This document shows positions 11,543 to 23,933 of a stretch of DNA of 64,000 nt, piece after piece. The DNA comes from Pristiophorus japonicus. Lineage: Eukaryota. The notes beneath the pieces were generated by a model, which was not told the DNA's origin, ran no database searches, and saw only the letters and a list, made by a program, of their open reading frames with translations. The DNA is taken from assembly GCF_044704955.1 (NCBI RefSeq), contig NC_091982.1, forward strand, positions 254,138,001 to 254,202,000, read 5' to 3'. Each line of letters begins with the position of its first letter. The first letter of the stretch is position 1. The position numbers were made by a program, and so were the translations under genes.

Positions 11543-13488
11543 AGGCGGCAGCGGCAGGCGGCAAGTTGGAGGGCCTGGCTTGGGGCTCTTCAGAGGCTGG
11601 TGTGGGAATTGGAGTTGGAGTGACAGTTGATTCTGTCAATGGGCGCGGGGTCTGGGCGTGTTCCCTTATTGCAGCATCTAAGACCCAACATGCCGTCCCT
11701 CATGTGCCCTGACAGTGCCTCAACGACCTGCAACATTCCCTCCCTCATGGTCAGTGACAATGTCTGCATTAATCTCTGACAGTCCCTCCCTGATGGTCAC
11801 TGACAGCGCATCAGCTACCTCTGACATTCCCTCCCTCATGGTCACTATTCCCTCACTGATGGTCCCGGACATCCTTCCCATTTCTCGTGTCGTTGCCGTT
11901 ACTTCTCCCGACAGTCCCGCTACCTCATCACTCACCCCACTGATGGCGTCCAGGAGTGATCGGGTAAGGTCAATGCTCTCCGCACTCAATGACATCATCG
12001 GAACCACATCGGTTACATCCTGCACCTCAGGAGAGCACGGGCGAGCGCTCCTTTCCCTCCTCCCCATGGGTGTGGCTTGCATGCCACCACTGGGACCTGC
12101 AGCCTGGGATGGTGGGGCCCTGGGTGTGCCTCGCTGCACCACACAACTGGGACCCGCAACCTCGGGAGGTGGGAAACCATGGAATGTCCCACCAGCACTC
12201 AAACCACTAGTCAAGGAAGGGGCTGTCACCGCAATGAGCGGCACCTCCTCCAAAGTCAGTGCAACAGTGGGAGTTTCATCCAGCTCCATCCCCTCCCCCT
12301 CACCCTCACCCCCATGTTCTTGGTCTGGAGGGTTGGATTCGAAGATGTTATCCTGTTCAGGCTTGTCCCCTTCTGAATTTTCTTCTACATCGTCAGGGTC
12401 GGCCTCAAGTTCTGCAAAATATAACAGAACACAGACAAATATTCAGCAGCAGAGGAGGGGGCAGGGTGGGTGGCATGCAGGCCAGGCAGCAGGCTGATTT
12501 GAAGGACCACGATGAATGCCAGCACATTGCATCAACTGAAGCGTAGCTGACGGAGACATTCCCAGGAACCGAAACATGGCTAGCCCGCGCAGTACTTAAC
12601 ATTTAGCAAAGCCAGACTGTGGAATTTGCAGGACTTACCCTCTCTCTCGAGTGTGGGCCCAGCTTGTGCAGTGATGGTTGCTTTTCTCCAGGCAGGACCC
12701 ATCAAAGCAGCGACCCACTCTTCCCAGGGTGTCGGTGGCTGCAGATTTTCCGGGCCTCCTCCTGTTCAGGTTCTTTCTCATTTGTTGTGTGCCACCTTCT
12801 TCTGCAAAGATGAAAACCTAACTTTTTAGAGAGGGTGTCTTTCTGCCGGGTGGGACATATACAGCTGGTCACATTTACAATTGCAATTGCATTGAATAAA
12901 TGAAAATATTACTTACACTAACTACTTGACCAGGGTCCTGATACTTCTTTTTACACGGGCCTTCAGATCTCGTGGTGGTCACCACTGCGCAGTAATCTTC
13001 TGCAACTTGGTTCCAGCGTTTCTTCATTTCTTTGGGTGGAACTTTTGTGTGACCTCTGCTGGTGTCCAGCTCCTGCCATCGGTTCTCAATCACAGTAACT
13101 GGTGGCTCCACTTCATCCTGTAATAAATTCCTGGTCCTTGCACCGCGTTGCATCTTGTACTGCTGCAGCTGCGATTTTTCACTTGTAACACACACAACTG
13201 GCTCATTAAAAATCGCCGATTGCCAACTCGGCGCTGTACTGCACATGCGCGTCCATTGCAACGATGTCAGAAACGTAACTATTTTCCGCGCATGCGCAGA
13301 AGGTGCAGCATTGTTTTTCGGCGCAGACAGCAGACTCCCCCGAGGCGTCTGGACACGCTGCGCGGCACCAAATTCGAATTATACATCGGGGAAACTTTGG
13401 CAAATTATTTGCGGCGCATTTCTGGCCTAGAAGAACGGGCGTAACTCTGGCAATACGTCAGAAAACGGGCTTGGGCAAAATTAAGTCC
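11543..13488 (-). mobile_element. PIF/Harbinger transposon, one end retained
   Basis: The terminus GGACTTAATTTTGCCCAAGCCC at 13488 resembles the MITE TIRs in this window. It contains a Myb/SANT gene and is truncated on the left at the CR1 tail. Confidence 0.8.
11720..13153 (-). pseudogene. Three-exon Harbinger Myb/SANT-like DNA-binding protein gene (exons 13153-12917, 12801-12639, 12411-11720)
   Basis: Exon 1 reads MQRGARTRNLLQDEVE..KKRWNQVAEDY..RSEGPCKKKYQD. GTAAGT donors and TTTGCAG acceptors join the exons in phases 0 and 1. Exon 2 reads KKVAHNK*ERT*TGGGP. Exon 3 is in frame with ORF 11720..12289. Confidence 0.82.
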
Positions 13489-14049
13489 ATGGGCTATGTA
13501 ATGAAATTTGAGAGACAATTTCGCACCCCTCCCCCTCTCCACACAACCAACGATGTTTTCCATTAATAAAACTGATTTAATTGAAAAAAAATAGTTGCTT
13601 TTCAGGTCAAAATGATCTGGTCTTTTGCCATTAGGTAATAATTGCCTAGTGACCATTTCAAGTTTGCCGGGGCAAAGTGAAAACAAACAGATGCATAATC
13701 AGACATTGCTCCTCTGAAAGGTTAAAATGTGCAGATAGTAAGATAATTTGCTGAAACAGTGCTCTGTGGAAATTCCTTGCCTGCAAGCTTCCACTGACAC
13801 AGCTCTGGATTCTTTCTATGACTTTTGGAAAGGGGTAATAATGATAAGACTCTGACTTTCAAATTTATATCTCTGGTGCATTTTAGTGATGGATGTCAGT
13901 GCTGGGGAATGGATCATGTTTCTACTTTGGGCACTCGGGTTCAGTTCAAAGCATTCCCATTTCCCATACCATTCAACCTTATGGCCTTTTCTAATTGAGA
14001 ACGACAACTTAATGTCTGGACAGTTTTGTGTTGTCCTCAATTAATGGGG

Positions 14050-14177
14050 ATTGGGTTGAGACTGCTCAAACTCATTTCAAGTAGAAGCGGCCAGACACAG
14101 GAGACTTTCATCCCATCAAGCTGAGCTGGATTTGAACCCAGGTTCCAGATGTGAATGGATAATGTGCTAACTCACTG
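14050..14177 (-). mobile_element. tRNA-derived SINE (AmnSINE2-like), 5' part
   Basis: Reverse complement CAGTGAGTTAGCAC..TTCACATCTGGAACCTGGGTTCAAATCCAGCTCAG contains a B-box. Related copies lie at 16015-16215 and 38583-38760. Confidence 0.55.
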
Positions 14178-14261
14178 TTAGCTTTCCAATCATCTCTTCA
14201 GACTTAAAAAAAAAAACAGCCTGAATGATGAGCCGGCCTGAAAGGTTGCAGCATTAACAGT

Positions 14262-14520
14262 TATCCCTGGACCAGGCAGGGGAAGAAAATCACTGCTGGT
14301 TATGATCCAGCAACTCCTGCGAGGAAGTGAGTGTATGGACATCGGGTCAAAACAGGATTGGGTTCAACTATGATGGCCTCCAGAGTTAAATAGCCGACTG
14401 AAACACAGAGTTCAGACTCACACCGGATGAATGACTACTTGGGCAAGGTATCAGAGGGGTACCAATGCCAATAGCAGCTTATTCCAGCATGACTTAACCT
14501 TCAAGAGAGGAAATTGAAAA
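14262..14520 (+). mobile_element. LF-SINE-like element, degraded
   Basis: GTGTATGGACATCGGGTCAAAACAGGATTGGGTTCAACTATGATGGCCTCCAGAGTTAAATAGCC..GAATGACTACTTGGGCAAGGTATCAGAGGG is colinear with the LF-SINE consensus as I recall it. Confidence 0.75.
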
Positions 14521-14854
14521 TAAAAATGGAAATGAAAGGGGAACAGAAAATGGCCCCTGCCCCTTCCATCACTATGGTCAATCTGTGGTAAATGTTCCTC
14601 CCCTCACTGCCAGCAGAGCTCTCAGCTGCCCAAACTTTGATTGTTCAATGTAATTTAAACGCTGGTGGGGGTGTGAAGTCAGTGAACTCGACTGACTTGC
14701 CATTTCTCTGTACCAAGTGGCGCCAACCCCAGGGACTGCCAGGAGAGAGGTGACAGTAACCCCTGGGGGTGCAGCAGGAAGTCTGCTAATGGTAATGCTG
14801 GGAGGGAGAGAGCCAAGTAGTGGGCAGCTCTCTGTCTCACTCTTCAGGCCACTC

Positions 14855-15705
14855 GGGGTGGATTTTCACTTTGGGTTCACCGGTAGCTCGACAAAAGGGG
14901 GTCACCACTTCCGGCAGGTCCACCATCATAAAACTAGAGGCAGCATCACTTAAAGTGAGCTGTTCCCTCCCTGAAAGAGAGATGCGCCCCCCTCTGAAAG
15001 AGAGTCCCACTCCGTAAGCGAAATTGGGGTTACCATTTCTCACAGGAAGTGGAGCACAATGCCGCACGCTCCACTTCCTGTTGGGGTGGTATCCAGGGTG
15101 CTACTCGGGCGGGATCGGCAACGCTACACGGCTTCTCCACGTAGCGCAGACGTGTTTCAACGCCCCTCCCCTTCCGTTAAAGGGGGAGGGTCGGTGCGCA
15201 CGCCGCAGGGCCTCTGATAGCCTCCTCTGTCCCACCGGTGTGGAGCGGTGCCGGGCTGCTCGCCTGGAACACGCCACGGAGCAGCAAGACGGGTCGCCCG
15301 CTGAGTCCGGCAAAACGACAAAATGGCGGCGCGCGGCGCAATGCCACTCCCTTTGAACCTCTGCCCCGGGAGCGGAGGTCGGCCTGGCTCGCGACCAGCG
15401 AGGCAGGCGCTGACACCGCTCGCGACAGCCTCGTGGGGCGCTGGCCAATTTCAGCCATGGGGCGCAAAGGGGCTGCCGCGGGGCGCAAAGGCGTCGCCGC
15501 GCACGGTGATAACGTCGTCGGCGGTTGCACGGCAGCCCGGGGCACTGCTAGCGGGGCGCGGCGCTACCGTGTTAGCGCCTCTGCTAACTCCCGCGCAATT
15601 TCGCGGGAGCTGATAGCGCCCTCCCCCGGGCGAAAACAGAGTCGTGCCTTGTTTGTGCCACCTGGAGGCGCGAACGGGAGGCGCACAGCAGGGGAATTTC
15701 ACCCT
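14855..15705. mobile_element. GC-rich non-autonomous Harbinger-like element (MITE)
   Basis: Ends GGGGTGGATTTTC ... GAATTTCACCCT with flanks CTC/CTA. Shares internal TTAAAGGGG and TAGCGCC motifs with other MITEs here. Confidence 0.7.
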
Positions 15706-16014
15706 CTAGTCTTAAGGATAATTTGTGAGCTATTCATCAGATTTAAGAATAAAACTAGTGTCTAGAGGCATTGGCTCAGATTTTCCCTTGCACCTCTGGC
15801 TTGTCAGTCTAAATTCAGATCAATGATGCAATGAAATTCTCCTGTCTCTGATGCCATGTTTATTCCAGCTTCTGTTGGTTGCAAGTTCACACAAAACTAG
15901 GCTGAGTTCTGACCGCAAATGGCATCAAATGTCCAGCTTCACGTCGATGGGGAAGGCGGCGGCCAATGTGGATAATTTATAGTGGTGGATTACATTGAGG
16001 TCATTGAGCGGCAT

Positions 16015-16215
16015 AATTGGTTAACACAACATATTTTCACCTCTGGAACTTGTGTTCAAATTTAGCCTAAGTTGATGGAATGAAACTTTCCTTTCAATGC
16101 TAGCTGCAAGGATCTTACTCGAAGTGTGTTTGGACTGACTCTTTCCAGTTCCAAGTCGGCACGAATCCACAAAACATAATGATGATCATTCAGGGCAACT
16201 TGGCATTAAATGGCC
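16015..16215 (+). mobile_element. tRNA-derived SINE (AmnSINE2-like), degraded
   Basis: TTTCACCTCTGGAACTTGTGTTCAAATTTAGCCTAAGTTGATGGAATGAAA; homologous to 14050-14177. Confidence 0.5.
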
Positions 16216-16757
16216 AATTACACTCAAAGGCCAAAAGGATGTCTGCTGTGGGAAATGGAAAAAGTCACATTGGTGTGGTCGGAACTGCTCTTTTGAGGGT
16301 GGCTTTAAGGCACATTTGACATCCGTCACTTTAATGAACATAAAAGGAAAAAATACATTTTGTCTAAAACAGACAGCTCTCTCACAGTTCAGCATGCTTG
16401 TGATGTTTATAACCGGACAGAGAAGGCTGACCAGTTTCCATTCCAAACAGGCCAGTATTCATTTCAAAATTATTAAGGGAGCTGGGTTACGCAGTGTGTT
16501 CGCGGCTCTGTTCTTTCAGTTCTCGGACTTGAACTGAAATGTGGCCTAGAGTGGGAATAGTGTTGAGAAATGCTAAATCTTTAACAGCTGGTCAGTGTTG
16601 GGCAGTCTCAACAAGACCAAACTGCCTTGCAGATACTACACATGCTTTGGAAGCTCATTTTGGCTGTCGAGTGTGAAAACATGAGAGAAATAATAAACTG
16701 GGAGAACGGAGTCGCTTCTGAGATATGAAATGATGCATATTGTCAGAGTAATACAGA

Positions 16758-16905
16758 AAAAACAAAACATGATGGAACTGCATAGCAGCTCACTCAGCAT
16801 TTGCAAGAGAACATTAGTTTAAAGCTTCAGGTGGGATGATTCAACTCTGCTGAAAGCTCCCACCTGAAACATGAACCTATCTTTTTCAGGATTCTGGTAG
16901 TTTTT
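16758..16905. mobile_element. Head-to-head Penelope-like pLTR remnants with a degenerate hammerhead core
   Basis: The left arm resembles 56287-56377. A perfect 11-bp inverted repeat TTCAGGTGGGA (16826-16836) / TCCCACCTGAA (16858-16868) is present. The plus strand reads CTGCTGA..CCTGAAAC. Confidence 0.55.
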
Positions 16906-17990
16906 CCTGTCAATACAGGAAAGGCTGTGCTTTGCATCTGACCAGCCCTTGATATAAAAGTGCTCAATGCACTCATGAGGTTAAAAACATCAGTCCATCA
17001 CCGGTTGCTTTAAAGGTGCGATGTTACCTCCGCAGGCAACTTTCGACCAAGCCCAGTACCATGGAATAAACAGGGTTGCGAGTTAGTTTTTATTGGCAGT
17101 ATTGGTAAGATGGACAATGACATCTTCAATGCTGATCAAATATCACACAGACAGTTCACATGCAGTTCAGCTAATACACAAAACATTGAAAATCTTCAAC
17201 TCCCTGGTATATGCAAACACTGTCTTTGTTTTCTTGAATATATATTTACAGCCTATAATTAAATAAAAATATCTTAATATTGTTTACTTCCTTGTTTGTA
17301 TCTAATTTAACCAATTGCTGTTTTCCTTATCACTAAGAATTGTGGAGCTTTGTGGGAGAGATGGGCGAGTTATGTTTACCCTGAATAGGCAGCTCCCAAG
17401 TCAGTTGTGCCACCATCCTACCTTTGGCAATCCACCCTGCTTTACTGTCACTCAGTGATCACTCACACTCAGAATGCTCCCCCAGCCTTTGTTATCTGTC
17501 ACTCACGGCACTTCCTGTACTTGCTCATCCACACTTGCAATGCTTGAGTTCTTATTCACAACCAGTTGAATCTTTTTTACTCACATCGTTTCTCAGTGCT
17601 CACTTACTCTCTTCAGCAACACACCAGAGTAAGGCGGGAATGGAGAGTCCAGACCCAATCCACACACAGACCAGTAAAATTAGACTATTCTTGAAGTCTC
17701 AGCTTTAAATGCTTAGTGCTGAAATGATCAATCAGATCTAACCGGGGAGGAAGGCAATCCCTCGACATATCACTCATATTTCATTCCGTGCACGCAATGT
17801 TTAGATACATTAAAGATTTGTAAACTCTTTAACCAGATAAGCTGAGTCCTGGTCAACGCCACTAGCTTAAAGTTTGTGTTTACTTAATATTTCACAACCT
17901 TACAGCGCTTTGTGAAAACAAATCAATATAATTAAGTAGGAATTTTAGACAAACAAAAGAGAAACAACGAACAGTAACCCTGAGTGGTAA

Positions 17991-18302
<312 letters not shown>

Positions 18303-18344
18303 TAGGCGCCAGTGAACTGGCAGGGTTTCGTCAAGTTCTGGACT

Positions 18345-19800
18345 TGTGCCTGTAGCCAAGCTGTTCCAATACAGCTACAACACTGGCATCTACGCGACAA
18401 TATGAAAAACTGCCCACGTATATTCTGTCCACAAAAAAAAGGAAAAATCCAATCCGGCCAATTACCCCCCCCCCCCCCCCCATCAGTCTACTCTCAATCA
18501 TCAGCAAAGTGATGGAAGATGTCGTTGACAGTGCTATCAAGCGACATTCACCAATAACCTGCTCACTGATGCTCAGTTTGGGTCTGCCAGGACCACTCGG
18601 CTCCAAACCTCATTACAGCCTTTGTCCAAACATGGACAAAAGAGCTGAATTTCATGAGGTGAGGTGAGAGTGACTGCCCTTGACATCAAGGCAGCATTTG
18701 ACCGAGTGTGGCATCAGGGAGCCCTAGTAAAAGTGAAGTCAATGGGAATCAGAGGGAAGATTCTCCACTGGCTAGAGTTATACCAAGCATAAAGGAAGAT
18801 GGTTGTGGTGGTTGGAGTTCAATCATCACAGCCCCAGGGCACCGCAGCAGGAGTTCCTCAGGGCAGTGTCCTAGGCCCAACCATCTTCAGTTGCTTCATC
18901 AATGACCTTCCCTCCATCATAAGGTCAGAAGTGGGGATGTTCACTGATGATTGCACAGTGTTCAGTTCCATTCGCAACTCCTCAGACAATGGAGCAGTCC
19001 ATGCACATGTGTAGCAAGACATTCTGGCTTGGGCTGATAGATGGCAAGTAACATTTGTGCCACACAAGTGCCAGGCAATGACTAACTCCCAACAAGCGAG
19101 AGTCTAACCACCGTCTCTTGATATTCAACGGTATTACCATCATCGAATCCCCAACCATCAACATCCTGGGGGGTCACTATTGACCAGAAACTTAACTGGA
19201 CCAGCCACATAAATACTGTGGCAACAAGAGCAGGTCAGAGGCTGGGTATTCTGTGGTGAGTGTCTCACCATCTGACTCCCCAAAGCCTTTCCACCATCTA
19301 AAAGGCAAAAGTCAGGAGTGTGATGGAATATTCTCCACTTGCCTGGATGAGTGTAGCTCCAACAACACTCAAGAAGTTCGACACCATCCAGGACAAAACA
19401 GCCCGCTTGATCGGCACCCCATCCACCACCTTCAACATTCACTCCCTCCACCACCGGCGTACCGTGGCTGCAGTGTGTACCATCTACAAGATGCACTGCA
19501 ACAACTCGCCAAGGCTTGTTCAATTGCACCTCTCAATCCTGCGACCTCTACCACCTAATAGGACGCGGGCAGCAAGCGCATGAGAATACCACTAACTTCA
19601 AAGTTTCTTGCCAAGTCCCCCACCATCATGACTTAATTGTTGTGTGATCAAAATCCTAGAACTCCCTCCCTAAAAGCACTATGGGAGAACCTTCAGCTCA
19701 CGAACTGCAGCTCACCACCACCTTCTCAAGGGCAATTAGGCCGGGCAAGAAATGCTGGCTTTGCCAGTAACGCCCACATTCCAATAATGAATAAAAAATA
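18345..19800 (+). mobile_element. Second non-LTR family (Jockey/CR1-L2 group, clade unassigned), RT + 3' end
   Basis: Translations [50 protein letters not shown] and LHHRRTVAAVCTIYKM. The 3' end is GGGCAATTAGG..GCCCACATTCC..GAATAAAAAA. Confidence 0.88.
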
Positions 19801-21132
19801 TAAGCAGCATGTGGGTTGAGTATCCAGAAGGAAAATTCAATCTTTTACAATGAAGTTGATCAAAATGTTTGTCACACTTTATCCTCAAATATTTTAACAC
19901 CTGCCATCTGCGAATTCACAAGGTTGTGAAATAGGTTTAGATGAAGAAGGACCTTCAGACAGCTGACCTCATCCTTCAAAAATACCAATCATTCCATCCC
20001 ATTTCAGCACCTTCCTATTCCTTAGGTGCTGTTTTCCAAACTCACCCATGCTTCCTGGCAATACTACGTCTACTTTTCTAATACTGATGAAACCTCTGGT
20101 ACTGCATGTATCTCTGTCATAAACCAACACACAGACTGCGTGGTTTGACAAGAGTTACGCAATATAATTAGAAAGTGGAACATTTATAGGAACAGGAGAA
20201 GGCCATTCAGCCTCTCAAGCCTCTTACATAGAAACATAGAAAATAGCAGTAGTAGGCCATTCGGCCCTTCGAGTCTGCATCTCAACACCATATTCTCGCT
20301 TTTTCCCCATACCCCTTGATGCCTTTTGTTTCTAGAAATCTATCCATCTCCCTCTTAAATATATTCAGTGACTTGGCCTCCACAGCCTTCTGTGGTTGAG
20401 AATTCCACAGGTTCACCACCCCCCTCTGAGTGAAAACATTTCTCCTCAGCTCGGTCCTAAATTTCCTAACCCATATCCTGAGACGGTGACCCCTTGTTCT
20501 AGACTTCGCAGCCCGGGGAAACATCCTCCCCGCATCCAGTCTATCCAACCCAGTCAGAATTTGATATATTTCAATGAGATCCCCTCTCATTCTTCTAACT
20601 CTAGTGAAAGAGGTCTCGTCGACCCAATCTCTCCTCTTACGACAGTCCTGTCATCCCAGGAATCAGTCTGGTGAACCTTCGCTGCACTTCCTCTATGGCA
20701 AGTGTATCCTTTCTTAGGTAAGGAGACCAAAACTGTACACAATACTCCAGGTGTGGTCTCACCAAGGCCCTGTATAACTGTAGTAAGGTATCCTTGCTCC
20801 TATACTCAAATCCTCTTGCAATGAAGGCCAACATACCATTTGCCTTCCTAACTGCTTGCTGCACCTGCATGTTTGCTTTCACTGACTGGTGTACAAGGAC
20901 ACCCAGGTCCCTCTGTACATCGACACTTTCCAAGCCATCACCATTTAAATAATACTTTGTCCTTATGTTTTTCCTACCAAAGTGGATAACTTCACATTTA
21001 TCCATATTATACTGCATCTGCCATGTGTTTGCCCACTCACTCAACCTATCTAAATCGCCTTGCAGCGTCTTTGCATCCTCCTCACAACTCACAATCCCAC
21101 CTAGTTTTGCGTCGTCAGCAAACTTGGAAATG

Positions 21133-21650
21133 CAGGCAACTCTCGATTATCCGGGTCCCTCGGGGATTGGGCTAAACGATGTTTCCAATAGGGTGAGTCT
21201 ACATTTTAAAGTTAAAACTTTAATGAATAAATACAATCGTCAGGGCGAGTTTACATTTATAAGTTAAAACTTTAATGAATCAATACAATCAGCTACAAAC
21301 AGTAACAAAAGATGGACATTACCAGCGTGCATGTACAGGTTTTGTGCCTGGAACCCGGGCGCTGGCCCTCACCCCGTTCCCAACGCTGCAGCACACACAC
21401 ACACACACACACATACATACACACACCAGCAAAGCAAGGGCAGGAGGGTGATTTTTATGGTGAGTGAGAGAGAGAGTGTGTGAATGTGAGAGAGAGAGAG
21501 AGTATGAGAGAGAGAATGAGCAAATACAAATGAGCAGTGTTTGGAAGCCGATTTTTCCAAATTATTTGGAGCTGTCTTTTCACTTGTTAGCAACGGAATT
21601 TTAAATCCCGTTACAATTGGATCCGCATACGGATAATCGAGAGTTGCCTG
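21133..21650. mobile_element. Tigger/pogo-like MITE inserted in the CR1 RT next to the FADD motif; contains (CA)n and (GA)n
   Basis: Perfect 21-bp TIR CAGGCAACTCTCGATTATCCG at both ends; the CR1 sequence is continuous across the insertion. Confidence 0.9.
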
Positions 21651-21810
21651 TCTTACATTTGGTTCCCTCATCCAAATCATTTATATATATTGTGAATAGC
21701 TGGGACCCCAGCACTGATCCCTGTGGCACCCCACTAGTCACTGCCCACCACCCCGAAAAAGACCCGTTTATTCCTACTCTCTGTTTCCTGTCAGTTAACC
21801 AATTTTCAAT

Positions 21811-22752
21811 TCATGCCAATGCATTACCCCCAATCCTATGTGTTTTAATTTTGCACACTAACCTCTTATGTGAGACTTTATCAAAGGCCTTCTGAAAATC
21901 CAAATACACTACATCCACTGGTTCTCCCTTGTCGATTCTATCAGTTGCATCCTCAAAAAACTCCAGTAGGTTTGTCAAACATGATTTTCCTTTCATAAAT
22001 CCATGTTGACTTTGTTTAATCTCATTGATATTATCTAAGTGTGCCGTTATCACATCCTTTATAATAGACTCTAGCATTTTCCCTGCTACTGATGTTAGGC
22101 TAACCGGTCTGTAGTTCCCCATTTTCTCTCTCCCTCCTTTTTTAAATAGTGGGGTTACATTTGCCACCCTCCAATCTGCAAGAACTGTTCCATAATCTGT
22201 AGAATTTTGGAATATGACAACCAATGCATCCACTATTTCCATGGCTACCTCTTTTAGTACTCTGGGATGCAGATCATCAGGCCCTGGGGATTTATCTGCC
22301 TTCAGTCCCATTAGTTTCTCCAGCACTATTTTCTTACTCATTATAATTTCCTTTAATTCCTCTTGCTCACTAGACCCTTGGTTTCCTAGCATTTCTGGGA
22401 CATTATTTGTGTCCTCTTCCGTGAAGACAGAACCAAAGTATTTATTTAATTGTTCTGCCATTTCCTTGTTCCCCATTACAAATTCTCCCATTTCTGCCTG
22501 TAAAGGACCTACATTTGTCTTCACTAATCTTTTTTTTTTAATGTACTTGTAGAAACTTTTGCAGTCGGTTTTTATGTTCCTTGCAAGTTTACACTCATAC
22601 TCTATTTTTCGCCTCGTAATCAATCTCTGGGTCCTTTTTTGCTGAATTCTAAACTGCTCCTCAGACTTGCTACTTTTTCTGGCAACTTTGTATAACTCGT
22701 CTTTGGATCTGAGACTATCCTTAATTACTTTTATTAGCCACGGTTGGGCCAC
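21811..22752 (-). pseudogene. CR1 ORF2 reverse transcriptase N-terminal segment (313-aa open stretch)
   Basis: [42 protein letters not shown] and [11 protein letters not shown]; the flanking frame is disrupted. Confidence 0.9.
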
Positions 22753-23933
22753 TTCTTTTTTGTGTTTTTACGCCAGAAAGGAATGTATAACTGTTGCAAT
22801 TCATGCATTCGTTCCTTAAATATTAACCATTGCCTATCCACTGTCATGCCTTTTAATGAATCTTCCCAATCTATCATAGCCATTTCATTCCTCATACCTT
22901 CGTAGTTTCCTTTTAGATTTAGGACCCTAGTTTTGGATTGGACTACTTCACTTTCCATCGATAAGAAATTCAATTATGTTATGGTCACTCTTCTCTAAAG
23001 GGCCCCGCACAACAAGACTGTTAATTAACTCCTTCTCATTACACAATACCCAATCTAGGCTAGCCTGTTCCCGAGTAGGCTCCTCAACGTACTGGTCTAA
23101 AACACCACCTCGTACACACTATAGGAATTCATCTGCCACAGTATTATTAGTAATTTGGATTGGCCAGTCTATATGTAGATTAAAGTCACCTACGATTACT
23201 GTAGTACCCTTGCTACATGCATCTCTAATTTCCTGTTTGATGCCATCCCCTACACTACCACTACTGTTTGGAGGCCTATAGACAACTCCCACCAATGTTT
23301 TCTGCCCCTTGGTGCTCCTTAGCTCCACCCAGACTGATTCTACATCTTGATTTTCTGAGCCACTATCCTTTCTCACTATTGGTCTGATTTAATCCTTTAC
23401 TAACAACGCCACAACACCTCCTCTTCCTTTTTGTCTGTCCTTCCTAAATATCGAATATCCTTGGATATTCAGTTCCCAACCCTGGTCACCCTGCAACCAT
23501 GTCTCTGTAATTGCAACTATATCATATCCGTTTACATCTATTTGCGCTGTTAATTCGTCTACCTTATTGCAGATGCTTCATGCATTCAGATACAATGCTT
23601 TTAAATTTGTCTTTTTAACATTATTAGACATCTTAACATTATTTTGTACTATAGCCCTATTTGTCTAATCGCTATTTTTTCTTACCTGGACCCTATTTGC
23701 GAGTGCACTCTTTTGTTTTGTATGCTCTGTCCCTTCCTCACAAAATCTGGGTATCCTTACCACTATCACTTTCCTGCATTGCTTTCTTTTTTTCTCTTTA
23801 GCATTCTAGATTGCTCTCTACTGCGACCGTCCTCCCCCTCCGCTCCCCCCACCCCACCCCCACCTTATTTAGTTTAAAGCCCTAACTACCTCCCTAGTTA
23901 GTCGGTTCGCTAGAACTCTGGTCCCAGCATAGT

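Noticed and set aside
11715-12497. 260-aa Ser/Pro-rich plus-strand ORF
   Set aside because: It is the antisense shadow of exon 3 of the Harbinger Myb gene.
14125-14177. tRNA gene candidates (B-box GGTTCRA; also ~42460)
   Set aside because: They are degraded SINE heads without a complete cloverleaf.
15024-15765. Multiple overlapping Arg/Ala/Gly-rich ORFs (also at 30.0-30.5, 46.4-47.8 and 59.1-60.2 kb)
   Set aside because: Stop-poor GC-rich MITE interiors, with no domain motifs or splice structure.
19800-20160. Continuation of the C5orf22 pseudogene or another coding remnant
   Set aside because: No diagnostic motif (such as LDIDLDFFS) was found in the frames I read; left unassigned.
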